A stretch of 64,000 nucleotides of DNA from the NCBI GenBank assembly GCA_964187785.1, contig OZ076409.1:62498001-62562000 (forward strand). Direction: 5' to 3'. The stretch comes from Amphiscolops sp. MND2022 (lineage: Eukaryota). The translations under genes were made by a program, and so were the position numbers. The notes under the pieces were generated by a model, which searched no databases, had not been told where the DNA came from, and was given only the letters and a program-made list of their open reading frames with translations. This document shows positions 1 through 10,592 of this stretch, piece after piece (position 1 is the stretch's first letter; the number at the start of each line of letters is the position of its first letter).

Positions 1-1060
1 TTGCACTCGCTGTCATACCAGGATTCTTTGAAAAGTTTAGGGGTCCTTTTTCGGAGAAATATTTTTTTGACAGGTGCATGCTTTTCCACAACACTAGCTA
101 TTATATTAGACAAACAGATTGGACATATCAGTAGCATTCGAACAATTATAGATTCTAAACCATGGGATATTTGATAGTGACTGACAGAAAGCGGCTTTTT
201 GGTAAGTACTCAAATCGAACTTTTGCAAGATTTTGCACTTCTGTTTTTCAGCGAAAACGTTTGTGAAAACTACTGATCCAAAATGATCTGTTTTAAAAGG
301 ACTATTAAACACAAAGCATTTACCGTCTAAGATGTTTTCAGCTATTATATAGTCAATGTGTGTATTTGTAGCTTTACAGACACGCGTAGGTAAATTTGGG
401 CTAGCTACGGAGAACCCATATGGTAATATGACAGTTTCTAGGTTTTCCCGTTCAAGTGGTGTGAGGTAGTCTTAATTGTAATCGCCCATCATTGTGATGT
501 TTGCAGTTTCGCACGTGGAGTTGTCTATATTTATTTCTAATTGTTCAAGAAAATCATTTTGAAATTGTTTCATAGGATTATAAGTTACGTTAATCAACAT
601 GGTTTTATGCAATTTTTGAGAAATCATTCCTACATTCTACCCACATGGTGTCAAACTTAGTTTTATCAAAAAGGTTGAGATCTTTTCGTTCCCTCGGAGC
701 AAGTTTCAAAGGTACAAAGAGCATTACACCACGACCCTTTTTTTCGAATTTGCAGAACTTCGGTCACATCTGAAAAGCTCGTGGGTGTTTGAAGCTACAT
801 TCCAAAAGACCATGTCGTCACTAGGAGTTAACCAACTTTCTGAGATACCCACAATTGCGTTCGGTCCCATGTCGTTCACAAAAGATTTCAACTGAGTATG
901 TTGTTTAGATACATCTTGAAAGTTCATGTGGACTATGCGTAAATTTTGTTTATTTTTGTCGGACAACTTGGAAAAATTATCATAGCTAATTTCAGGACCT
1001 GGATTTTGCTCAATATTTCCACATAATTTCAAAAGAGCTCTAGCGAATGTTAGAAAATTG
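1..1060 (-). pseudogene. LINE ORF2 N-terminus: 2A-like peptide plus APE endonuclease, with a frameshift near 740
   Basis: LLKLCGNIEQNPGP at 1035-994, then VHMN, GISESWL, RCDR. The frame changes in the A-run near 740 and resumes GRGVMLFVP...INVTYNP...MGDYN...IDYI...TDHF. Confidence 0.85.
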
Positions 1061-1106
1061 AATGAACAATATGCATCAGATATCCCAAGGTTTCATATAA
1101 ATTTTT

Positions 1107-1512
1107 TTACACTTTTACATGCACTGGCAAGTAGCTCTTTATCCCATTTTTGCAGTTTATATAGGTTTTTAAATAGAGTTTTTCTTTATCTTGCATAAAC
1201 ACAATTATTTTTCCATTAACAGAATGCACTCTAGCAACATCATCCCGTTTTCTCAATTCACGAGTTACTTTAGCTCTGATTGGGGTAAGATCATCATTCA
1301 CAAAAATGTTGGTATTTTTGAGATTGCGCTTGTTTTTCATTAGCTGATGTTTCGTGTCACGTCTCACAAATTTGGCTATCAGAGGTTTGGGGCCAGACCC
1401 TCCGCCAGGTGAACGGTGGCAGGTACTTACGTCATTGGCAGTAATTTGGACACCGGCCTTTTCAGCAACACTAACCACCTTCGCATAGACGTCCTCGCCC
1501 GGCTCTTCTTGC
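1107..1512 (-). pseudogene. LINE ORF1 C-terminal part (RRM/CTD, Transposase_22-like)
   Basis: QEEPGEDVYAKVVSVAEKAGVQITANDVSTCHR...PKPLIAKFVRRDTK...IFVNDDLT. Confidence 0.85.
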
Positions 1513-2058
1513 GTGGGCACAAACTACGATCTAAGGAATAAGATCGAAACGCACTTCTGTAACTAAGATCTAAAGAACTAAGATCTAAATGTCATTTTTC
1601 GTAACTAAGATCTAGAGAATGCCAGCTCCCGAATCGTACCGAAAGTCTAAATTTCAGACGTTATTCCCGTTTTAATTTCCGTTATTCCCATTTTTTAGAT
1701 GTTACGGTAAAGTATAAAATGCTTTAAAGTATAAAACGTGCCTCAGATATGTCCCAATTTCCTCTAGTGCCCTGCGGCCCCTTGGGGCCGCTTATGTTCC
1801 CATCTTGCTAAGCGAGGTCGAACAGGAGCAAAGACCTAGCGGGAACGGAGATCGCGAAGCGATCGTAGTGGGAGCTGGTCTTTGCGACGGTGAGGGCGAG
1901 CGTGCATACACCGTATATGACCCCACATTATTCCTTAGACGTTATTTTAATTCAATTTAGACCTTAGTTACGGTGCATGCTTTTTAGATCTTAGTTCTTT
2001 AGATCTTAGTTACGAAATTTCTTTAGATCTTATTCCTTAGACCTTAGTTGCGGTCCCC
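1513..2058. mobile_element. Foldback/Mutator-like MITE A with TAAGATCTA-rich arms and 9-bp TSD
   Basis: TSD TCTTCTTGC at 1504-1512 and 2059-2067. Imperfect TIRs: GTGGGCACAAACTACGATCTAAGGAATAAGATC versus reverse-complemented right end GGGGACCGCAACTAAGGTCTAAGGAATAAGATC. Splits ORF1 at GVQEE|PGED. Confidence 0.9.
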
Positions 2059-2342
2059 TCTTCTTGCACTCCGAAAATGCGCACATTCTCCCTTCGCCCA
2101 TACTGCTCTATGCTGTCCGCCTCGATAATTGGCGCCAGGTCCTCCCTGGTACACCGACTGGCTTTGTTCAGCCCCTCAAATGCACAGATTCCACACAGGA
2201 AAGGCCTCGCGAGAAAATCTTTGTGAATTTGTGTGGGTACCCATACTTTTGTCCAGATGACACAACCATTCCCATCCACACCAGGTCCCGTGCCTTCAAT
2301 CAGATGGTTGCTACCTTCTTCCTGTTTGCCTGATTGATGGAG

Positions 2343-3329
2343 GAGGCATGTAAATCCGCTAGGTGACTAGGTGAGCTAGGTACTGGGTAACTAGGTAAAA
2401 TTTGACTAGTTGACTGGGTATTTTATTTTCAAAATACTGGGTAACTAGGTAAAATTTGACTAGTTGACTGGGTATTTTATTTTTAAAAACTGGGTAAATC
2501 TTTTCGAAATACTTTTGTCGAAGTAATTGCGTCGATGCCATTGCAAATGTAAAATGGTCAAACAATGTTTTGGCTGTCCGATATGCCCAATTTTCCTCTA
2601 GTGCCCCGCGGCTCCTTGGGGCCGCTTATGTTTCCATCTTGCTCAGCGAGGTCGAACAGGAGCAAAGACCTAGCGGGAACGGAGATCGCGAAGCGATCGT
2701 AGTGGGAGCTGGTCTTTGCGACGGTGAGGGCGAGCGTGTATACACCGTATATGACCCCATATTTATTTATATGACCCCATATATTAATTTATAAGGTGCC
2801 AAGTTTCGTCTAAAACCAGATAGTTTTGATCGGGTGTCTAAATAGGTCGAATTTTTCTGGTCGAAAGGACAAAGGTCGAACCTTTTGATCGAATTGCAGG
2901 GATCGAATGGAATGCGGTCGAATTTTATCGTATTTGTTGTATGGCTCGGTCGCTTCGCTGCCTTCTCCAAGTAGCAACATTGAGGCATGGCCATATGGCA
3001 CGTCGCTCCGCTTCGCTCCTGCATTCAGGGCACTAGGGGTATGTGAACATATCTGACTACGTTATAAAAATTTCGATCCGAGTTGTTTCGATCCCATTCA
3101 AAAATTTGGTATGTCGACCTGAGGACTAACTCTGATTTTCGATCCCGTTCCTTCGACCTATTTCCGCCCACCCGTTTTGATCTATGTCGTCGGTAATTGT
3201 CTCAATATACAGTTTTCTGACCATTAAGTGTCTCAGAATTTAATTTACCTAGTCGATTTTCCTGAAAAACCTAGTAAATTTTCCACCCAGTAACGATTTA
3301 CCTAGTCAACTAGTTGATTTCTCACACTC
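2343..3329. mobile_element. Foldback/Mutator-like MITE B with CTAGTTGACT-rich arms and 9-bp TSD; contains nested MITE C
   Basis: TSD TTGATGGAG at 2334-2342 and 3330-3338. TIR GAGGCATGTAAATCCGCTAGGTGACTAGG versus rc right end GAGTGTGAGAAATCAACTAGTTGACTAGG. Confidence 0.88.
2832..3173. mobile_element. Foldback/Mutator-like MITE C with GGTCGAA/GATCGAA-rich arms, nested in MITE B
   Basis: TSD GTTTTGATC at 2823-2831 and 3174-3182. TIR GGGTGTCTAAATAGGTCGAA versus rc right end GGGTGGGCGGAAATAGGTCGAA. Confidence 0.88.
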
Positions 3330-3749
3330 TTGATGGAGGATGTTGATGGGTTTCGCGCAGACGGCATTTCGTCGGGCCTTCTGTTTTATCGGTAGATTAT
3401 CTATTTGTAATGAAAATGAAGCCATAATTTTTGGAATTTTTCTCTTCCTTCGATAATATTATGATTAGGCATCACCAACTAAAAATGTACATTTTTATAC
3501 TAATTGATTTATTACCTTCAGATCTTAGGCGGCACTGTGTTAGCCTGAATTAGATTCTAAGCGGTGATAGTTCCTTGAGCATGTCAGATTTTTAGATCTT
3601 TTTCCTTTAGATCTTAGGCGTTAGATCTTATTCCTGCTTCCCATTTTGCCTGAGTCTTTTAGACAAACTCTCTTGGTAATTTTGGCAGTAGACTCTCTCA
3701 ACACTGAAACTTCACAGTGTTTCGAAGTATAAGACGTGCCTCGGATATA

Positions 3750-4097
3750 TTCTTAGTTCTTGTATGAAATTAACAAGATCAATGTTAAAACTCGATTGAA
3801 CGCGTTTCGACAATAAACTCATCATCAGCAACTGAAAAGTATATAAAATAAAACAAATGGAATTTTACCTATTTAAAAATACCAGTAAAAAAGAATGTTA
3901 CCAAAAATATATGTGCGCGATGGAATGTGTAAGACAGTGTTGGCACTAACAAAATTACCCGACTACAACTTGATCGTGAGTAGGCGCTGACAGTATTCCT
4001 CTTTTTGATTAAGCCCCGGGCGCTTCTGGTTTATATATAGGGCCTCGAGTGTGAGCAATTTTTGGATATCTCGGCACTTGTCAACCACGCGAGCTTC
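3750..4097 (-). mobile_element. Probable Penelope-like element pLTR remnant
   Basis: Minus strand has a TATATATAA box (~4031-4039) followed by a hammerhead-like motif. The segment interrupts a third copy of the MITE core (...CGTGCCTCGGATAT | GTCCTATTTCTTGTGCCCCGCGG). Confidence 0.5.
3793..3834 (-). ncRNA. Minimal type I hammerhead ribozyme motif (Penelope type)
   Basis: Minus strand reads GTTG-CTGATGA-TGAGTTTATTGTC-GAA-ACGCGT-T-CAAT: CUGAUGA and GAAA boxes, palindromic stem III ACGCGT, short stem I GTTG/CAAT, weak stem II. Confidence 0.55.
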
Positions 4098-4432
4098 GAT
4101 GTCCTATTTCTTGTGCCCCGCGGCATTTGGGTCTCTTGCTACGCTAGGTCACACTTAAGCAAAGATCTAGCGGGAGCGGAAATTGCGATGCGATCGAAGT
4201 GGGAGTAGGTCTTTGCAAAGTGAGGCGGAGTATGTATACACTGCATTTGACACCTGTATCGTTTTGTTATATTTTATAGGTTGAGTCACTTTTTAGGCAA
4301 AGTGTCGCAATACTGAAATTATGCAATACGGCATTAGGCAAAGTATCTTGTAACCGACTGAGACCTGAAGAGCAAGAAATAGCGCGAACTGCGAGAATGG
4401 CTTCATTTTGCAGCCGTTTTGGCCCTTGAAGC

Positions 4433-4811
4433 GGGGACTGTTCAATTCGTCGAACATTCAATTCGTCGAACACATATTACTTTAGCGAGCAATATATGAC
4501 GTAATGGAATGAATTGATTTCGGCCAATCAAATTCGAGCATTCAAAATTACGATAACGTACTCAGATATGTTCACATACTCCTAGTGCCCTAAATGCAGG
4601 AGCGAAGCGAAGCGGAGCGACGTGCCATATGGCCATGCCTCAATATTGCTACTTGGCGAAGGGAGCGAAGCGACCGAGCCATACAACAAATATGCTAATC
4701 GCTACAAAATTTAACCAAATGAAATTAATCGCTGATATGGAATTCTTTCGACGCATTGAATAGCTTTTCATTTTTCGACGATTTGAATGTTCGACGAATT
4801 GAATAGGCACC
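4433..4811. mobile_element. Foldback/Mutator-like MITE D with TTCAATTCGTCGAA arms and 9-bp TSD
   Basis: TSD CCTTGAAGC at 4424-4432 and 4812-4820. TIR GGGGACTGTTCAATTCGTCGAACATTCAA versus rc right end GGTGCCTATTCAATTCGTCGAACATTCAA. Confidence 0.9.
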
Positions 4812-5761
4812 CCTTGAAGCATAGTTTCTTCGATGCAACGTATCGCAATGGCTACAAGTTGGTAATGTGGCAGGTTCAAGTGACAGCGAACGACAGGGAC
4901 GCGTTCGAAGAAATTAATCACTTTTAGCTTCCTTCATATAATAATGAACTGAAACAGCGACTCTGCTGAATTAAATTTGCCTTAGTTTATTACGTTCTGT
5001 CGGTCAACTGGAATAGTGGCTGGCATGAGGATTTGGTTTTTACCATATATCTCTTTGCTCTCAATGTTTTTTTCTGTGCAGACCACGGTTGGGTGCCATC
5101 ACCCCCATAACATGATGACCTACTTGACACAAGATAAATGACAACAATCTGTCTGAGAGAGGTTAAAGAAGAAAAGAAAACGTTGTTGCTTTCGATTTGA
5201 ATCCGACTTCATCATTTTGATGCTTTCAGGTTTTTTGATTCAACAAAGGCTCGCTTTTCATATCGAGTTTATTGATCCCATCTATATATATCCAAGCCGA
5301 TACGCAATGAACAAACAGAAAAAGTCATCTGGAAAATCGAAGTTAGTTTTTATGGATGTCTATTTATTATTTTCCTGATTGCGTTGAGTCCTTTAGATGT
5401 TCTTTTTCTGATCTTTGCCTGACATTTGCGAACTACAAATATGATAACCATATTTGGTTTTTCAGATCGTGTTTTCTGATTTCCCAAAATAATTTTTTGG
5501 CCGTAATGATATCAGAAAGTCCTTCAATGTTGCTTTTCTTGAAGTTCAAATTTAATTAGAATGAGTTTGTCTATCGATTATTACCGTATAATTTTCTAAT
5601 TTACGAAAATTAGTGAGGCTTTTTCGTTTTCACGAGCCGAAAGTTGTTAGAGAAACCTTATAAACAGTGATTAATTGCATTATAATAAGTTATACCTTCT
5701 ACTTATTAGATTTTCTCGTATTCAATTTTCTCGTAAGAAACTATTCGACAGCAATATACTT

Positions 5762-5823
5762 GAAAATCTCTTGTTTGAATCAAGAAAATCTCTTGTTTGA
5801 ATCAAGAAAATCTCTCGTTTGAA
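5762..5823 (+). repeat. Short tandem repeat, 22-bp unit, about 2.8 copies
   Basis: GAAAATCTCTTGTTTGAATCAA repeated. Confidence 0.85.
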
Positions 5824-8800
5824 GGTCACAATGTGCATTTTAGGGGAACACCTGACGGATCTGGCCCTGTTATGAGAAGACTTCAGTCAGTTGAAGGTGG
5901 AGATGACCAGTTAGCGGTCAGTTGTTAGATATTTAATGAATCATCTTTCCAGAAGATATTTTGTCTGAGTAAAACATTGATGTTTCAGGCAAACAACTCA
6001 GCCACATCACTGAACGGAACCTATATGAACGCATGCTTCGTCCGAGCATTTTTCGCAATCTATGTTAGTTAATTGTTCCAATAGTTTCTTAAACTCTCTT
6101 CATGCTGAATCCTGATTTTCGCTGCTTAACAGACATTGAAAAACTGACTCGAGAAACACAGCGCAATGTCCGAATTACGCTCAGGGATTGTTGAAAAAAA
6201 AAATCACAAATCTCTTACTGCTGAAAAATGGATATGTATTGACCCTTCGAGATCAAAAACACTTTTCCTGGCAAAACATCGAAGAGGGCTTACGTTTTAC
6301 TCGCTAACAAGAAAGTTCACGTTACGGTGTGATGGAAAAACTAATAGTCTCCTCTTTCAAAAAGTTCCAAGAAAAAGCGCCCTTTTGTTACGTGTTGCAT
6401 CTGGTATTATTTTTGCTTTTTCTGGAAATTCAGAAGTTTAAACAGCAATTCTAAAATTCCTCCGTAGAACCAATTGAAGAGTTCTACTTGTTAAAAATAT
6501 TTGTTCTGCACTCTTGAAATCAATCAAAAGGACTGTGCGCAACGAAACCACAAGTTGGTAGAATGACAATGTTTTATGTGATCATATTATGGGGTTTCTG
6601 AATGGAGTCGCTGAAATCTAATGGCAGTTCCCTTTGAAGTTAATACGGAATCTTAATCGGAAGTGCAGAGTACTGATATTTTTTGTTATATAACTTCAAG
6701 TATATAAGGCATCGTTCATGTTAAAAGGCGTTCCTTAGTAGTTTAGTTCTGTTTGAATGAATCAACGTTGCTAACGATCAGTTCTTGGGATCAATCACTT
6801 GACATGAGCACGCCAGTTGCTTTTTGAATTTCTACGGGAGAGTTTATTTAATTCGAAGTGTTAATTCTGTTCTCGTGCCACTCGATTTCACATACTGTCG
6901 ATTGTAGCTCAAATATTCAATTTACTCATTGTCGTAGTGCGAAATTCAATGAATCATTTTAAACGAACTCTCAGTCGCAGAAACTTGTTGTCCTCGGATG
7001 TTCAACGTAAGTTCAACGGAAGCTTCATATTATTATCACAGAAGAATTCGAAGATCTCTTGCATCAAAGCAATTATGCGACGAGACTGAAAAGTCTTCTT
7101 TATTTCTTTTCTTGAGGTTTTCTTTACTGTTTTTCTAATCGATAGCACTTACGCCGAGTTTGATTCACTTGAATTGTGGTAATCTGTCCCGCAGTTTCTG
7201 ACCAAAATATCCATTAATTTTATGGAAAACTTTGGCTCATTGATGAATTTAAAGCACCCTTGAAAGCTAAAAGGAGGCAATTTCATTACAAAACATATGC
7301 CGCAATAGTTGATTTTATCATCAAGTGTAAAGTGTTTTTTTTTCCGAAAAACGAGAGAGAACCGTATTATAGTCAAATACAGTGGTCGGACTTTAGTGTG
7401 TGAAAAGATACTCTAAAAACACCGAAAGTGCGCTAAAAATGTGTTAATACAAGTAGTTGATTCGTCAAAATTATTCCCATGATTATTCACATAATACTTC
7501 AGGGTTGGGCAAACCCTTTTTGGTTGGTTTTGATTTCAAAAATATTGTTCAATACTTTGACATTCAATTCTCGGTTTTTGGGCGGTCGTTCAAAGAGGTT
7601 CATCGGAACGCCTTCCGTCCTCATTTTCGGAATAAATCTAATGCGAAAGGAATATCATCGTGCTTACATTTCGAATATGCCGTTCAAGTATTAGATTCAT
7701 AGTTGAATTTGTTTGAACAACCGCCCTTGATGCATCAAGAAGAATGTCTTCTTGATGGATGTCTTCGCTTTTGTCTCTTTCCAATTATTTCGAATTCTCA
7801 AGTTGTGTAGCCGCTTCTTTGTTTATATGTGTTCCTTGTAAAAGAAGCAGCTGTTGATTCATTCCGCCTTGTTTAATTTCAAGGACTTACTGAACATAAT
7901 TTATAATGACAGAGATGGATATACTTTGTACAGAGTTAACCTTCTGATTTCGAAGACATGCATATCGGTCTCGAAGAATACTTTTGTATTCGAGGTACAA
8001 ACTTTGACCGTGGCTTGGTTGCCTGTGCATTTCTCAGCTTTGGAGTCAAAATTAATGTAACTTAATTTTATGATTAGAATGTTATTTCAATTGAATTCGA
8101 ATTTCCTCTTTCATATGTTTCGTTTTGCATGTAAATACCATGTACGACAGTTGCGTTATTTTTGTACCCCTGAGAAACAATTTCAAAACAGCGAAGCTAC
8201 AATACGTTAGACTATAGATTAGATCCTTGATTGAATTGATAAAATGGTATGAAATATGTTTGTCAGCGATGATTCTGAATTATTTAGGAATTTCATGAAA
8301 ACAAATTTCAGCAATTTTCATACAAATTTAATGAACACTTCAGAAAAGCCTTACATATAACAATTATAGCAGCTTTGAATGGTTGTTGCATTCACTGCTA
8401 TTCTGGTATCTCCGCTAATTTTTGCAAAATTTGAAGTCCCAGACTATGGTAAACATTGGCTTCTCCACTCACAGAAGATGGAATGATAATGATTTCGGTA
8501 AATATTTAGTTGCTCATGTTTTCTCGAATCAAATGTGATTGATGCCTTTTTTAATCGGCGCTTTTTGTGAAATGAAACATGCCCAACTCTAACAGTGAGT
8601 GAATAGAAATCTATTTTCTAGACCACAGACATCACACTTTTTACAGAATTTTTCTAGGCCTTCCTACCTTACTAGCAAGCAATCTTTGGGCTTCAAAAGG
8701 GTGCCGCCTTTGGGTACCATAGTTTTTAAAGCTTTTGTCGTTACAAGACAGGAGGTTTTGCTGTTTTTCTTCGTTGCCTCTTTAAGTATTTTGATTTTCT

Positions 8801-8984
8801 GCAACAAACTGGACAATAAAAAATGCCCAAAGAGCCCCTTATTTTGCGTTTCTCGGTACCTTGAGACTTTCGAAAAGTTCTTTGATCCTGGAACTGATAA
8901 GTTTTTTGAATGGTTGTGGGAAAGACACTGTGCGACTTTTTTCGATACAATTTTCATTTGGTCGAAGGGATAGTATTGATAACA

Positions 8985-9245
8985 GTCTCGTAGTGCCGAA
9001 TAATGTAAGTGGGGACCATTTGGGATTTTTTGCATCTTTCCTTTTGCAAAATATCAATAAAAATTGAAGGTGGACCCTTGGAGACATTAAAAATTTTTCG
9101 ATGAAGTTCCATAGTGCCGAAAAAAATCGAAGATAGCCAAAGTGGGGATGCTTCGCATAACTTTTGACGTGTCCTTTGCATATTCAAGAAACTTTACTCT
9201 TTTGAACCTTGAGCTTGGCGCTGACATGGGCTGTTCCCGGCTTGT
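8985..9245 (+). mobile_element. DINE-1/HINE-like family 1, degenerate 3' fragment
   Basis: Ends GAGCTTGGCGCTGACATGGGCTGTTCCCGGCTTGTT like the complete copies. Confidence 0.65.
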
Positions 9246-10294
9246 TATTGTATGGTTAAGGTTTTGTCCTGAAATGCTGTGCTTATTGATGGTTTTTACT
9301 CTTAACAAAATTTCGTGATCGAAATCTCATTCTAGAAATTAGAAATCACCAGTAGAAGCATAGTTTGTTGCTTTTCAACGGAAATCTCAGTAATCTGTGG
9401 TTTAACTTAGTAAACGCTTCATACATTATACTCCGACTACAGCTGTAAATGTTCAAGAAGACCTCGCCAAATGACAAATTTCATAAGACGATCTTCAATT
9501 TCTTTGAATTTTCTGAAATCCCAGTTCTAATTTTCCACTTTTCATGTTAACTTTTAACTTCATAAAAAAAGGAAACTTTGATTTTCTCTGAATAAAAGCT
9601 GCGGAATTCAAATGATTTTGCGGTCTTTGTTCGGGGGCAGCTTGTATAATAAAATTCTCTTGATTTATATACAGTTGATTTTAAAATTTGATCTCTGTGG
9701 GCCAACTTTTCATTGATTTATTTTCAAATTTAATTGAGGCAACTAAATTAATGGCGCAACCTTTTTTGTTTTTAATTGATGAAAAAAATTTGGATTTTCT
9801 ATTTTCCAAATGGCATTTTCAACAACAACTTGAATTCAATTGCAATCTATAGCTTTTGAATCTAACCCGAAGACTACTTTCAAGTCTTCTACGCGAAGAA
9901 AAACGAGATCCACGGTTTTTGATTTCCAATTTTAAAACTCATTTAGTTCGTCTAGAAACTGAAAACTAACGCTTAGTGCAGATCACAAAAACGTCAGCAC
10001 TTCGAAGATTTTTTTCAATAGGCTGGTGGATATAAGACGTACGTTTTCCGGAAGATTCTAAAAGCATGAGAAATGACAATTGATTTGTGTACATTTTCCG
10101 AGTATCTGCTTAAACATGAGTTTATCGAACAGTTAAGTAAAAAAGTCTTGGGCTCTGAACATTTTGCTCGACGTTTTAAGCTTTTTGAAGTTTTTCTGGT
10201 TTGTGTTTTTGAACGTTTTTGTTGACTAAATTATCAAAGTGATATAGAGGCAATTGAGAAGCAGCATTGAATGTGAGGTAGAATTGATTTGCAG

Positions 10295-10592
10295 GGTAGA
10301 GAGGTAGAAGTGACAGTGAAGAATGGTGCCGTGTATCATGGTATTCTTTACACCATGTCGGAGCGGGGCGAGATAGTGCTGAAGTGTGTGCACCGTATTC
10401 TGGGTCCTAACGAGGACGCCTCACAGGCTGTGACCAACCCCTCGAAGAGTACCCTGGAAGACTTCATCGCCTTCACTTCAGACTTGATCGTGCAGATGGT
10501 GTGCAAAAACGCCAGTCTGCAGCCCCCTACAGGCCCCCACAACAACACAGAGTCTTCCACGTCGCACAACAAAACGCTCACTCAGAACCACG
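10295..10592 (+). CDS. ATXN2: Ataxin-2 exon encoding the LSm (SM-ATX) domain
   Basis: GREVEVTVKNGAVYHGILYTMSERGEIVLKCVH; acceptor TTTGCAG at 10294. Confidence 0.88.

Larger units (their letters stand above)
1..3425 (-). mobile_element. Non-LTR retrotransposon (CR1/L2-group LINE), 5' part: ORF1 interrupted by MITEs, plus ORF2 endonuclease running off the window start
   Basis: Removing insertions 2343-3329 and 1513-2058 (plus one TSD each) restores one frame from ATG 3425: MASFSLQIDNLP...FLCGIC...EQYGRRENVRIFGVQEEPGEDVYAKV...CHR...IAKFVRR...IFVNDDLT, an L1/CR1-type ORF1 RRM-CTD. ORF2 shows APE motifs SESWL, RCDR, GVMLFV, MGDYN, PTR, HIDYI, TDHF. Confidence 0.9.

Noticed and set aside
3518..3642. 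TAGATCTT-rich arm resembling the right end of MITE A
   Set aside because: No matching left arm or TSD could be placed with confidence.
4900..8300. AT-rich stretch that may be a decayed minus-strand retroelement or hold the first Ataxin-2 exon
   Set aside because: No sustained frame or recognisable motif; cannot be supported by eye.
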